Assembly: GCA_964356375.1 (NCBI GenBank)
Contig: CAYHGT010000001.1
Span: 9,221 to 73,220, forward strand
Direction of reading: 5' to 3'
Source: an uncultured Candidatus Saccharibacteria bacterium
GTDB taxonomy: Bacteria > Patescibacteriota > Minisyncoccia > UBA6257 > GWB1-50-10
Length of the DNA: 64,000 nucleotides
Numbering within the stretch: position 1 is the first letter of the stretch; the number at the start of each line of letters is the position of its first letter. A model generated the notes under the pieces. That model was not told the DNA's origin. It did not search any database and was given only the letters and a program-made list of their open reading frames with translations. This document shows, piece after piece, positions 1 to 8,854 of this stretch. The translations under genes and the position numbers were made by a program.

Positions 1-1
1 G

Positions 2-1273
2 TGAATCACCTGGGATTTGCTGACCATAATCAATACAGGATTTAGAGCTCAAAAGGTCACTGATATAAATACCCGTAGCCACAAAGGCATCAGAATTATT
101 CCAAGGATTTGCGGGCACATTTTTAGTAATTGCGGAGATTCTCGCCTCATAGAGTTTCCATGTGGATGGGATAAACTGCGCGGGTCCCATTGCGCCACCA
201 TATGAGCCATGCGTATTTGCGCACGAAACTTTTGCGGCGGCAGATTGAGGGTCTATGCCAAGTTTCGCCAAGAGTTCAAGGAAATAGGGGGTATCACGCG
301 TGGGATGCATCGCGGTTGCGTAGTAGCACCTCCCCACATTTTTTCCGAGAAGCGACTCACGGCTGAGAATTGCGAGAATAAGCGCGGCGCGAACACCCGA
401 CGCACCCTCCGCGAGTTTTGCATAGTTATACGCCTTTTCAAATGTCAGCTCGCCACCACCGATCAATTCAAAAATACGACTCCTAATTTGCGCCGCCGTC
501 TCCCGTGTTTTCTTAAGTATTTTTTGATATTCAGCTTCTTTTCCTTTTGTCTCTTTTAGAATCCGCGCCTTCTGGGATTGAATCTGCTCTTGGCTTTTTT
601 TCTGTGCAAGTTGCGCCACGCGGAGATTTTCTTGGTCCTCTTTTTTTGCGGAGAGTTCATCCTTTGTTGCAATAAGATTTTGGCGAAGGTCGGTTATCTC
701 TCCGAGTTTTGTATTGATTCCCTCGCGAAGCAACATCACATCATTAATGGCGCCGAAATATTCAGAAAGTGTTTTTTTTGCAAGCAATACCATCACCATA
801 TTGGTGCGGTCTAACTCGTCAACTTCTCGGATTGCGGAACCAAGCGCTTCTTTATTTATATCTATCTTGGTTTCGGTTTTGTTAATATTTTTCTGCGTTT
901 CCGCAATTTCTCCATTCAGTTTTGTAAGTGCCAAACCGATTCCTTTTACCTTGAGGTTCAGATTAGTGATTTCAGTGTTTAGTTTTTTGATTTCGGTGGT
1001 GAGGGTTTTACCGCTCTTTTGATATTCCGCAATCGTCTTCTGGTTTGCGTCAATCTGCTTTTCAAGGTCGGCAAGCTGGTTCTCAAGTTCCGCGCGCTGT
1101 TCTCGTTTTATCTCCGCATCGCTTTTTACCGCCACCTGCGGTGGAGTGGACGTTGTAGTTGCGCGTACGAGCGATGTGTCTGGAAACGCGAGAACTACAA
1201 TAATAATAGGAATAAGCATAAATATAGCGTTTTTTGCAATTCCTTTTGCGGTTTTCCTGAATTCAAATATCAT
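2..1273 (-). CDS. Coiled-coil plus lytic murein transglycosylase (MltB/SLT_2-like) protein; truncated at the window edge
   Basis: Not in the ORF track because it runs off the left end. Manual translation from ATG 1273: MIFEFRK..., hydrophobic segment, long coiled coil (ELENQLADLEKQIDANQKTI), then the C-terminal motif GSYGGAMGPAQFIPSTW...ANPWNNSDAFVAT. Confidence 0.8.
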   Translation of the reverse strand, partial: MIFEFRKTAKGIAKNAIFMLIPIIIVVLAFPDTSLVRATTTSTPPQVAVKSDAEIKREQRAELENQLADLEKQIDANQKTIAEYQKSGKTLTTEIKKLNTEITNLNLKVKGIGLALTKLNGEIAETQKNINKTETKIDINKEALGSAIREVDELDRTNMVMVLLAKKTLSEYFGAINDVMLLREGINTKLGEITDLRQNLIATKDELSAKKEDQENLRVAQLAQKKSQEQIQSQKARILKETKGKEAEYQKILKKTRETAAQIRSRIFELIGGGELTFEKAYNYAKLAEGASGVRAALILAILSRESLLGKNVGRCYYATAMHPTRDTPYFLELLAKLGIDPQSAAAKVSCANTHGSYGGAMGPAQFIPSTWKLYEARISAITKNVPANPWNNSDAFVATGIYISDLLSSKSCIDYGQQIPGDS

Positions 1274-1411
1274 TCCACATAATTATACACTGAGTTTTGT
1301 ACTTCGTGTAGTTTTGATATATTAAATGGAGCACCTCTTTATAATCCTTTAATCACGCACTTTCTGCCACAAAGATTCTTGCATTCTACAATGCTACGAA
1401 GTAAATCACTG

Positions 1412-1503
1412 CGGGACATCTCCCAAAGGGAGACAACCAATGTTCCTACGGTCATCCATTCGGGAAATCTACCGTAGGCATGAGACATCCCCCACAGGGG
1501 ACG
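1412..1503. repeat. Two copies (one degenerate) of the double-hairpin element GGGACATCTCCCnnAGGGAGACAA
   Basis: 1412-1436 cgggacatctcccaaagggagacaa; 1441-1503 is a degenerate copy; matches 41410-41442 and 53321-53354. Confidence 0.75.
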
Positions 1504-1580
1504 ACTAACAACAAAAATGTGCAGAATTAGGACGGCAAACCGGTTATCCGTTGTTGTCAGTTGTAGGTCGTTAGTTAGTT
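1501..1580. repeat. Inverted heptamer array (ACGACTA/ACAACAA ... TTGTCAG TTGTAGG TCGTTAG)
   Basis: 7-nt periodicity on both arms; the same family occurs at 10173-10270 and 24833-24890. Confidence 0.65.
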
Positions 1581-1601
1581 CTGCTATACTTATAGAACAA
1601 T

Positions 1602-1988
1602 ATGGCAGACATGAAAAAACTATTGATAGTGGAAGATGAGCCGTTGCTTGCGAATCTTTTAAAACAGCGCTTTGAAAAGGAGGGTATAGAGGTAATTTTG
1701 GCGCGTGATGGCGAGGAGGCATTGAATTTTCTTCGCACTACTAGACCAGATCTCATTTTGCTGGATATTATTTTGCCGAAAATCTCCGGCTTTGAACTTT
1801 TAGAAACCATGTCCGCAGACCCGAATATTGAAAAGGCGCCAGTCATTATAACCTCAAACCTCGGTCAGGATTCGGATGTAAAGCGCGGACAGTCGCTTGG
1901 CGTGGTTGAGTACTTTGTAAAGGCAAAAATCTCAATAGAGGATCTTGTGGAACACGTGAAAAACGTGTTAGAGGGTAATAAGGTTTAG
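1602..1988 (+). CDS. Stand-alone response regulator receiver (CheY-like)
   Basis: LLIVEDE, DLILLDIILP (phosphoacceptor Asp), ITSN, YFVKA motifs; no output domain. Confidence 0.9.
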   Translation: MADMKKLLIVEDEPLLANLLKQRFEKEGIEVILARDGEEALNFLRTTRPDLILLDIILPKISGFELLETMSADPNIEKAPVIITSNLGQDSDVKRGQSLGVVEYFVKAKISIEDLVEHVKNVLEGNKV

Positions 1989-1995
1989 GGTTCAA

Positions 1996-2004
1996 TTATC
2001 CACA
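1996..2004 (+). promoter_or_regulatory. Single perfect DnaA-box sequence TTATCCACA
   Basis: Exact consensus match; a single copy could be chance. Confidence 0.35.
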
Positions 2005-2006
2005 TG

Positions 2007-2062
2007 TACGGTATACGGTATACGGTATACGGTATACGGTATATGGTATACTGTATACAGTA
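2007..2062 (+). repeat. Tandem heptamer (TACGGTA)x5 plus 3 degenerate copies, containing an extended -10 TGGTATACT (2044-2052)
   Basis: tacggta x5, tatggta, tactgta, tacagta, upstream of the pilin gene. Confidence 0.9.
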
Positions 2063-2113
2063 TTTCATTATAGGAATGAAAGGTCGGTAATAATAGAAAA
2101 AGAAATATTAAAT

Positions 2114-2686
2114 ATGAATAATTTAAAGAAAGGATTTACACTTATTGAATTGCTTATCGTTATCGCAATTCTCGCAATCTTGTCAGTTGCAGTTGTGTTG
2201 GTTTTGAATCCTGCGGAACTTATCAAACAGGCCCGTGATTCTACCCGCATCTCCGACCTGTCAGCAATCAATAGCGCAATCGCATTGTATTTGGTGGATG
2301 TAGCTACCCCGTATTTTGGTAGTGCAACCACCGCGTGCGTGACTACGTCGACTGCTACATTTGCCACAACGACAACAGCGCTCAATCCATGGGCTTCTGG
2401 CGCCGCGCAGTTTGTGAATACGTCATCATCGGTAACTGGGGGCGGTTGGGTTACTGTTAATTTTGGAGCTATTTCTGCGGGCTCGCCAATTGCAAAGCTT
2501 CCTATTGACCCAGTGAACTCCGCGGCATATTGGTATGGTTACGCGTGTAACGGTTTGAACTACAAACTTGCAACCGTATTTGAAAGCACAAAGTATTCAA
2601 GTGCAACAACTGGATATATGAGAAATTCATATGACGGTGGCACGAGCAATGGTTTCTACGAAGTTGGTAACAGCCTTGTCCTCTAA
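2114..2686 (+). CDS. pilA: Type IV major pilin (prepilin N-methylation motif)
   Basis: KKG|FTLIELLIVIAILAIL, then ARDSTRISDL and LPIDP motifs; followed by a terminator. Confidence 0.85.
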   Translation: MNNLKKGFTLIELLIVIAILAILSVAVVLVLNPAELIKQARDSTRISDLSAINSAIALYLVDVATPYFGSATTACVTTSTATFATTTTALNPWASGAAQFVNTSSSVTGGGWVTVNFGAISAGSPIAKLPIDPVNSAAYWYGYACNGLNYKLATVFESTKYSSATTGYMRNSYDGGTSNGFYEVGNSLVL

Positions 2687-2710
2687 CTAGAGAATCAATT
2701 TAGCAGTTTT

Positions 2711-2744
2711 AAAAACCCCCCCCGTTTCGAGGGGGATTTTTTTA
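2711..2744 (+). terminator. Rho-independent terminator after the pilin gene
   Basis: aaaaacccccc-ccgtttcga-ggggga-tttttttt. Confidence 0.7.
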
Positions 2745-2806
2745 TGACGAGCTAGTAAGCGATAGTGTGCTAAAATGATTAAAGGAAAAGCGGTCATTTT
2801 TTATCA

Positions 2807-4522
2807 ATGATAAATCTACCCCCTGAACGACTTAGAGAATTGCTTTTGAAAGCGGGTATTACAACTCCCGATGTGTTTGCATCTATGTTGGATGAAGCAA
2901 AGCGCAAACAGCAGAATGTGAACGATGTGCTCATCTCACAAGGAATCATCAACAAGGAATACTTGCTGATACTTATCGCACAAAATCTCGGTGTGGAGCG
3001 TGTGAATCTTGGCGTGGTAAAGGTGGACGAGGTGGCACTCAATCTCATTCCAGAGGATGTGGCTCGCCGTAAAAAAATTATTGTATTTGGTAAAGAACTT
3101 GACGGGAAATATAAGGTTGCGATGGATGATCCAAGCGATTTGGAAACGATTGATTACTTGAATTTGAAACTTAGCGGGCAGGTGAAGCCGTACCTTGCAA
3201 CCGAAGAAGATTTGAATCGCGGATTCGTGCTTTATGGAGAAAGATTGACACAGGATTTCCAGCAGATTATTGAGACGAGTGTGCGTGAGTCACTTCGCTC
3301 AAAAGCGCGTGGCGATGCAGAGAAGGATGCGCAAGACCTTCCGATTGTCGCAATTGTGGACAATCTTCTCTCCTACGCAATTTCTTCACGCGCATCCGAT
3401 GCGCATTTTGAGGCGTTGGATGATGTGGTACTGGTTCGCTTTCGTATTGATGGCGTGTTACACGAAATAATCAGAATGCCGAAAGAAATTCAAGCAGCGG
3501 TCGTGGCGCGTATTAAAATTCTCTCAAACCTCCGCGTGGACGAACACACGCATCCACAAGATGGTCGTTTTCGTCACAAGATGGGGAGCACGGCGGTAGA
3601 CATCCGCGTATCTATTATTCCAACATTTTATGGCGAGAAGATTGTTATGCGTCTTTTGACCGCTGCGCAAAAACCGCTTTCGCTTGCGGACCTTGGTATT
3701 TATGAGGACGATATTAAATTGTTGGAAAACGCAATCAAGAAAACATACGGCATGGTGCTTGCTGCGGGTCCTACCGGTTCTGGTAAAACGACTACATTGT
3801 ATTCACTTTTGAATATGATGAATAAGCCGGATGTGAATATTATCACGATTGAAGACCCGATTGAATATGATATGCGGTATGTGAACCAGATGCAGGTGAA
3901 TGTAGCTGCTGGTATTACATTTGCATCCGGGCTTCGTTCTATCCTGCGCCAAGATCCAAATGTGATTATGGTGGGTGAAATCCGTGATGCGGAAACCGCG
4001 AACATTGCGGTGCAAGCGGCGCTCACGGGACACGTCGTGCTTTCAAGCTTGCACACGAACGATGCGCCGACCGCAATCCCGCGCTTTATTGATATGGGCG
4101 TACCTCCGTTTCTCGTGTCTGCGGTTTTGAATACCGTTATTGCACAACGTCTTGTGAGAAAAATTCACGTGGAGTGCATTGAATCATATGCCCCACCAAC
4201 CGCATTTCTTGGGGCAATTAAGCATGAGCTGGAGCAGAGCGGTATTGCAGAAGAAAGTGTGAAGGTTCCCAAAACATTTTATCGCGGGAGAGGGTGCGCG
4301 GCATGCGGGCATACTGGATACTTGGGACGACTTGGTATTTATGAGGTGTTAAATATTACGGAAGAGGTGCGTAAACTCATAATTAGCTCTGATTTTAACC
4401 TTGATACATTGCGCCATTTGGCGCGTAGCGAGGGAATGTCCACTATGTTTGAGGACGGTCTCCGCAAGGTTGAGCGTGGCGTTACTACAATTGAAGAGGT
4501 CCTACGCGTTATTAGGGAATAA
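2807..4522 (+). CDS. pilB: Type IV pilus assembly ATPase PilB/GspE
   Basis: Walker A GPTGSGKT, TIEDPIEY, LRQDPNVIMVGEIRD, GHVVLSSLHTN, zinc motif GCAACGHTGYLGR. Confidence 0.95.
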   Translation: MINLPPERLRELLLKAGITTPDVFASMLDEAKRKQQNVNDVLISQGIINKEYLLILIAQNLGVERVNLGVVKVDEVALNLIPEDVARRKKIIVFGKELDGKYKVAMDDPSDLETIDYLNLKLSGQVKPYLATEEDLNRGFVLYGERLTQDFQQIIETSVRESLRSKARGDAEKDAQDLPIVAIVDNLLSYAISSRASDAHFEALDDVVLVRFRIDGVLHEIIRMPKEIQAAVVARIKILSNLRVDEHTHPQDGRFRHKMGSTAVDIRVSIIPTFYGEKIVMRLLTAAQKPLSLADLGIYEDDIKLLENAIKKTYGMVLAAGPTGSGKTTTLYSLLNMMNKPDVNIITIEDPIEYDMRYVNQMQVNVAAGITFASGLRSILRQDPNVIMVGEIRDAETANIAVQAALTGHVVLSSLHTNDAPTAIPRFIDMGVPPFLVSAVLNTVIAQRLVRKIHVECIESYAPPTAFLGAIKHELEQSGIAEESVKVPKTFYRGRGCAACGHTGYLGRLGIYEVLNITEEVRKLIISSDFNLDTLRHLARSEGMSTMFEDGLRKVERGVTTIEEVLRVIRE

Positions 4523-4680
4523 AGAGTTTGTCTAAAATTCGAAGCTGAAAGTGAACGAATTTTAGCTACAAAGTCTTTACCGAGCACTCAGCATCAAAAA
4601 ATGACATTTTTCGTCCGTTTTCAAGCACGAGCGATTTTTCAAATAATATGAACAGTCGCGTTGAGTGCTCGGTGCTTGAA
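4520..4680. repeat. Composite palindromic element: TAAAG...CTTTA hairpin plus ACCGAGCACTCA...TGAGTGCTCGGT inverted repeat
   Basis: 12-bp IR at 4579-4590/4662-4673; same architecture at 8691-8854. Confidence 0.75.
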
Positions 4681-4736
4681 TGTATGCTAAAATTTATATG
4701 CATGAGTAATCGCAAAAAAATTTTAATACATTCAGC

Positions 4737-5936
4737 ATGAAATTTAGATACATTGCATCACAGGCGGATGGGCGAGTGGTAGAGGGCGACATTGACGTAC
4801 AAAATGTACAAGACGTTTTGTCGTTTTTGGCAAAAAATAATTTAAAGCCAGTCAGTGTAAAATCAAGCGAAGAAGAGAAAGGCGGACTTTTCAAGGGTTC
4901 CATTACGATTACCGACGAAATCTTCCTTACAAAGTATTTAGCGCTAATGCTCCGAATTGGTACGGGTCTCTTGGAGGCAATCAACATTCTTATTGCTGAT
5001 TTCAAAAAGCCCGCAATTCGCGACCTCCTTTTTGAGGTGCGCGCCACACTTGAACAGGGGCAGCCATTTTATTCAGCATTTGCAAAACATCCGAAGGTTT
5101 TTGATGCGGTCTATATAAACCTTGTGCGTGCGGGCGAAGAATCGGGAAATTTAGATAAAATACTCACCGACCTCACAGAGTCGCTTTCCAAGAAAAAAGA
5201 TTTGCAGGATACGGTGCGCGGCGCTTTGATCTATCCGATAATTCTCTTCATCGGTTCGTTCGGCATTCTCTTTTTTCTTGTAATGTTTGCGCTCCCGAAG
5301 GTCGCGAATGTGTTTATGGAGGGAGGGTTCAAAACGCCACCTTTTTCACAAGTAGTGTTTACAGTTGGATTATTTTTCAACAACTATGGATTTTATATTA
5401 TCGGATTTTTTGGACTGCTCGTGGTAACAGCAATCATTCTTCGCGCGCGAGTACCCCTGTTTAGAAAATTTTTGTCCAATGTTTTTGTGAACCTCCCACT
5501 TATAAGCGGAGTATTGAAAAAAATGGCGCTACAGCGATTTGCATCAACATTGGCCGCGCTTATAAAAGCTGGTATGCCACTTACGAGAGCGCTGGATATT
5601 ACAGCTGACGCGGTTGCGCACGCGGAATTACGCGATGCGCTTATAAACATTTCCAAAGAAGGTCTTGCAAAGGGACTCACAATCGGCGAGGCGTTTCGTC
5701 GCGAATCAGCATTCCCGTCCACCATCACAAATCTCGTGGCAATTTCAGAAAAAGCGGGACACTTGGACGAAGTGCTAACAACCGTGAGCGAATTTTATAC
5801 GAAGGAAATTGACGCATCGGTGAAAGAGCTTGTTTCCTTTTTGGAGCCGGCGCTCCTTGTCTTCATCGGTGCTATTGTTGCAGTAATTGCGCTCGCCATC
5901 ATTGTTCCTATTTATCAACTCACTACCCAATTCTAA
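4737..5936 (+). CDS. pilC: Type IV pilus platform protein PilC/GspF
   Basis: AGEESGNLD, ALIYPII, ISEKAGHLDE and LEPAL motifs; two GspF repeats. Confidence 0.95.
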   Translation: MKFRYIASQADGRVVEGDIDVQNVQDVLSFLAKNNLKPVSVKSSEEEKGGLFKGSITITDEIFLTKYLALMLRIGTGLLEAINILIADFKKPAIRDLLFEVRATLEQGQPFYSAFAKHPKVFDAVYINLVRAGEESGNLDKILTDLTESLSKKKDLQDTVRGALIYPIILFIGSFGILFFLVMFALPKVANVFMEGGFKTPPFSQVVFTVGLFFNNYGFYIIGFFGLLVVTAIILRARVPLFRKFLSNVFVNLPLISGVLKKMALQRFASTLAALIKAGMPLTRALDITADAVAHAELRDALINISKEGLAKGLTIGEAFRRESAFPSTITNLVAISEKAGHLDEVLTTVSEFYTKEIDASVKELVSFLEPALLVFIGAIVAVIALAIIVPIYQLTTQF

Positions 5937-5979
5937 AGAATGGAATAATTGAATATTAAAGATTGAAGGATTGAACATT

Positions 5980-6382
5980 ATGAAGATAGAACGATTTGAA
6001 GAATTACCAATTTGGAAAGATGCGCGAATCATTTCTTCGGAAGTATATAAAAAAACAAGGTCATTTAAGGATTTTTCGTTGCGAGATCAGATGAGGAGAG
6101 CAGCCGTTTCCATTGTTTCAAACATTGCCGAAGGGTTTGAGCGTTGGTCAAATAAAGAATTTATTCAATTTCTCTATATTGCGAAAGGATCGGTCGGTGA
6201 ATTGCGTGCGCAATTGTATGTTGCATATGACGCTGAAATTTTTAAGTAACGAGCACTTGATTGCGATGATTAAGCAATGCGAAGAGATTTCGGGTGGAAT
6301 AAGTAAATTTGCTAATTATTTGAGAAAATCACCGATTATCAAGGAAAGATATAATACAAAAGCAAGCTTATTGAACAATTGA
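5980..6382 (+). pseudogene. Four-helix-bundle protein (23S rRNA IVS-like/bAvd-like family), split by a +1 frameshift near 6238-6249
   Basis: MKIERFEELPIWKDA...LRDQMRRAAVSIVSNIAEGFER...EFIQFLYIAKGSVGELRAQLY; the final helix (FLSNEHLIAMIKQCEEISGGISKFANYL) continues in the +1 frame. Confidence 0.8.
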
Positions 6383-6403
6383 AAAATTAAATGATTTAAA
6401 ATT

Positions 6404-7531
6404 ATGAAAAAGAAATTATTCAATCCTTCAATTATTCAATCCTTCAATTTTCGGGGTGGTTTTACAATGCTTGAGCTTGTGATTGTGATAGCGATTACGG
6501 CAGTTCTTTCAACGGTAGGTTTTGTATCGCTTAGCGGGTATCGTGGAAAACAAAATCTTAATAAAACAATGGATGAGTTAGTTGCTGTAATTGTTGGTAC
6601 GCAAAAGCGCTCAATTTCACAGGACACGGGGAAACAATGGAACATAAGATTTTCAAATACCGCGAGCTCTGGAAGCCAATACATAATTTTTTCCGGCTCG
6701 GCATACAGCACGAGTTCAATAGATAGAATATATGGACTTGGACGCGGTGTGCAATTTGCAGAGCCATATTTAAATAGTGCATTTGATGCATTTTTTACGC
6801 CGATAACAGGAACACTCCCTTCAAAGAAAATCATCTCGCTCGTTACAGGTAAAAAAGACGGTCTGGTTGGCGATATTATTTTAAATACCGCGGGTCGCGT
6901 AATTACGCGACTTGAAAGCGGTCTTGTCGGATATTGGCATTTTGATGAAAATGCATCTTCAACGGCACACGATTCGGCGGGTATGGATAATGATGCAATT
7001 CTTTCCGATGGACCTGTGTGGAAGGAGCATAAAAATTGCAGAGAAGGAAATTGCCTAAGCTTTAAGGGCGGAAGCGACCAGGCGGCTACCGCGTCCATAG
7101 ATATCAACGGCAAGCCGGATTTTACAATCAGTGATTGGCAATATATCACAAGCTTATCCTCGGGTAGCTGGGTATTGAATTATACATTTGGAGAAACCTC
7201 ATTTTACTCATATCACGGCGGACAGTTTAGAGTTGTGGACGGGCCATTGGAGTGCCAAGATTCCGGATTCGGCTCAATATCTTCCAGCGAATATCTTAAT
7301 AAGTGGACACACACAGTGTTTGTAAAAACTGGCGATGTTATAAATGTATATGTTAATGGAGTGTTTCGCGCGTTCTGTGTTTCCAAAAACGGAGTGCTGG
7401 CTAATCCGATATTTAAAATAGGAAATATTTTTGTAGGAAGAAACATGATAGGCATTGTTGATGAGGTCCGTATCTACAACCGCGCCCTTTCTGCGACCGA
7501 GATTTTGAATATGTATAATGACTTTAAGTAA
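6404..7531 (+). CDS. Pilin-like protein with a C-terminal LamG/concanavalin A-like domain
   Basis: GG|FTMLELVIVIAI; LamG motifs GLVGYWHFDE, WTHTVFV, IVDEVRIYNRALSATEI. Confidence 0.9.
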   Translation: MKKKLFNPSIIQSFNFRGGFTMLELVIVIAITAVLSTVGFVSLSGYRGKQNLNKTMDELVAVIVGTQKRSISQDTGKQWNIRFSNTASSGSQYIIFSGSAYSTSSIDRIYGLGRGVQFAEPYLNSAFDAFFTPITGTLPSKKIISLVTGKKDGLVGDIILNTAGRVITRLESGLVGYWHFDENASSTAHDSAGMDNDAILSDGPVWKEHKNCREGNCLSFKGGSDQAATASIDINGKPDFTISDWQYITSLSSGSWVLNYTFGETSFYSYHGGQFRVVDGPLECQDSGFGSISSSEYLNKWTHTVFVKTGDVINVYVNGVFRAFCVSKNGVLANPIFKIGNIFVGRNMIGIVDEVRIYNRALSATEILNMYNDFK

Positions 7532-7544
7532 GTTATTGAAAATT

Positions 7545-8693
7545 ATGAAAAAGAAATTATTCAATCCTTCAATTATTCAATCCTTCAATTTTCGGGGTGG
7601 TTTTACAATGCTTGAGCTTGTGATTGTGATTGCTATCATGGCTGTTCTTTCTACGGTCGGATTTGTATCGCTTAGCGGGTTTCGTGGTAAACAAAATCTT
7701 AAGAAAACCACGGACGAACTGGTGGCGGCAATCGTGGGAACGCAGAAACGCTCAATCTCACAAGATGCGGGAAGTAGGTGGAATGTACGCTTTTCAAATA
7801 CCACAAGTTCAGGAAGTCAATATATTGTGTTTTCGGGTACGAGTTATGCGACAAGCGCGATTGATAAAATATACGGCCTGAATCGCAATATTCAGTTTTC
7901 AGAACCATATTCCGGCAGTACATCTAATGCGTTTTTTGCTCCATTTACGGGCACGCTCCCCTCAAAAAAAATAATTTCAATGGTAACAGGTCGGCAGGAC
8001 GGATTTGTGGGGGACATTATTATGAATACAGCGGGGCTCGTGACTGGGCGCAATGAGAGTGGTCTTGTGGGATATTGGCATTTGGATGAAAACACATCCA
8101 CAACTGCGTATGACGCGTCTGGTATGGGGAATACTGGCGCTCTTGTGGGCACTTCTACGTGGCAGACGGGAATGAGTTGCGTATCAGGAAGTTGCTTGAG
8201 TTTTAATGGAAGTGGACAATATATAGATTCCGGGGCGAATTCCATTTTGGGTACTAAGCCTTTTACACTCACTGTGTGGATTAATACAAACAGTGTCGCG
8301 GGTTATAGTGGAGCAGTTTCAATTGGAACATCTGCGAGTGGTCAATCAGCATATATCGGAACCGTTGCGGTTGCACAGGTTGGCACGAGCAACTCTATTG
8401 GTGGTGGCTTCTATGGCGCAAATTATGGTTCGGGTATTACCACCACAGGTCAATGGGTTCACGTTGCCATGACATTTGCGGGCGGGTCAAATGGGGCTGC
8501 GATAATTTATGTAAATGGGCAAGTTCTTGTAAATACTACATACACACCGAATTTAGGAAGCGCGGTGAAAAGAATTGGCAGAATCGGGACCGACTCTACG
8601 TACGACTTTAACGGTTCAATTGATGAAGCTCGCATTTACAACCGCGCGCTTTCCGCGACTGAGATTTTGAATATGTATAATGACCTCAAATAA
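7545..8693 (+). CDS. Pilin-like protein with a LamG domain (tandem paralog)
   Basis: Leader and pilin helix nearly identical to 6404; GLVGYWHLDE ... FNGSIDEARIYNRALS; ATG 7545 chosen by identity to the paralog. Confidence 0.9.
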   Translation: MKKKLFNPSIIQSFNFRGGFTMLELVIVIAIMAVLSTVGFVSLSGFRGKQNLKKTTDELVAAIVGTQKRSISQDAGSRWNVRFSNTTSSGSQYIVFSGTSYATSAIDKIYGLNRNIQFSEPYSGSTSNAFFAPFTGTLPSKKIISMVTGRQDGFVGDIIMNTAGLVTGRNESGLVGYWHLDENTSTTAYDASGMGNTGALVGTSTWQTGMSCVSGSCLSFNGSGQYIDSGANSILGTKPFTLTVWINTNSVAGYSGAVSIGTSASGQSAYIGTVAVAQVGTSNSIGGGFYGANYGSGITTTGQWVHVAMTFAGGSNGAAIIYVNGQVLVNTTYTPNLGSAVKRIGRIGTDSTYDFNGSIDEARIYNRALSATEILNMYNDLK

Positions 8694-8854
8694 AGGCTTG
8701 GTGTAAATTTGTAAGATGAAATCGCGACAAATTTACGAACCAAACTTTACCGAGCACATAAATTAACACGCAAAGCATTAATCAATTCTCTTATTTATTT
8801 CCGATGAAAAAGAAAAATTATAAACCAAAGTTTTCAATTTATGTGCTCGGTGCT
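8691..8854. repeat. Composite palindromic element: TAAAG...CTTTA hairpin plus 16-bp IR ACCGAGCACATAAATT/AATTTATGTGCTCGGT
   Basis: IR at 8749-8764/8836-8851; the right arm lies inside the next pilin's leader. Confidence 0.8.

Noticed and set aside
17-1282. Several short + strand ORFs at the window start
   Set aside because: They are antisense shadows of the minus-strand lytic transglycosylase gene that runs off the edge
1996-2062. Possible oriC (DnaA box plus repeats)
   Set aside because: Only one DnaA box, no dnaA/dnaN nearby and no clear unwinding element
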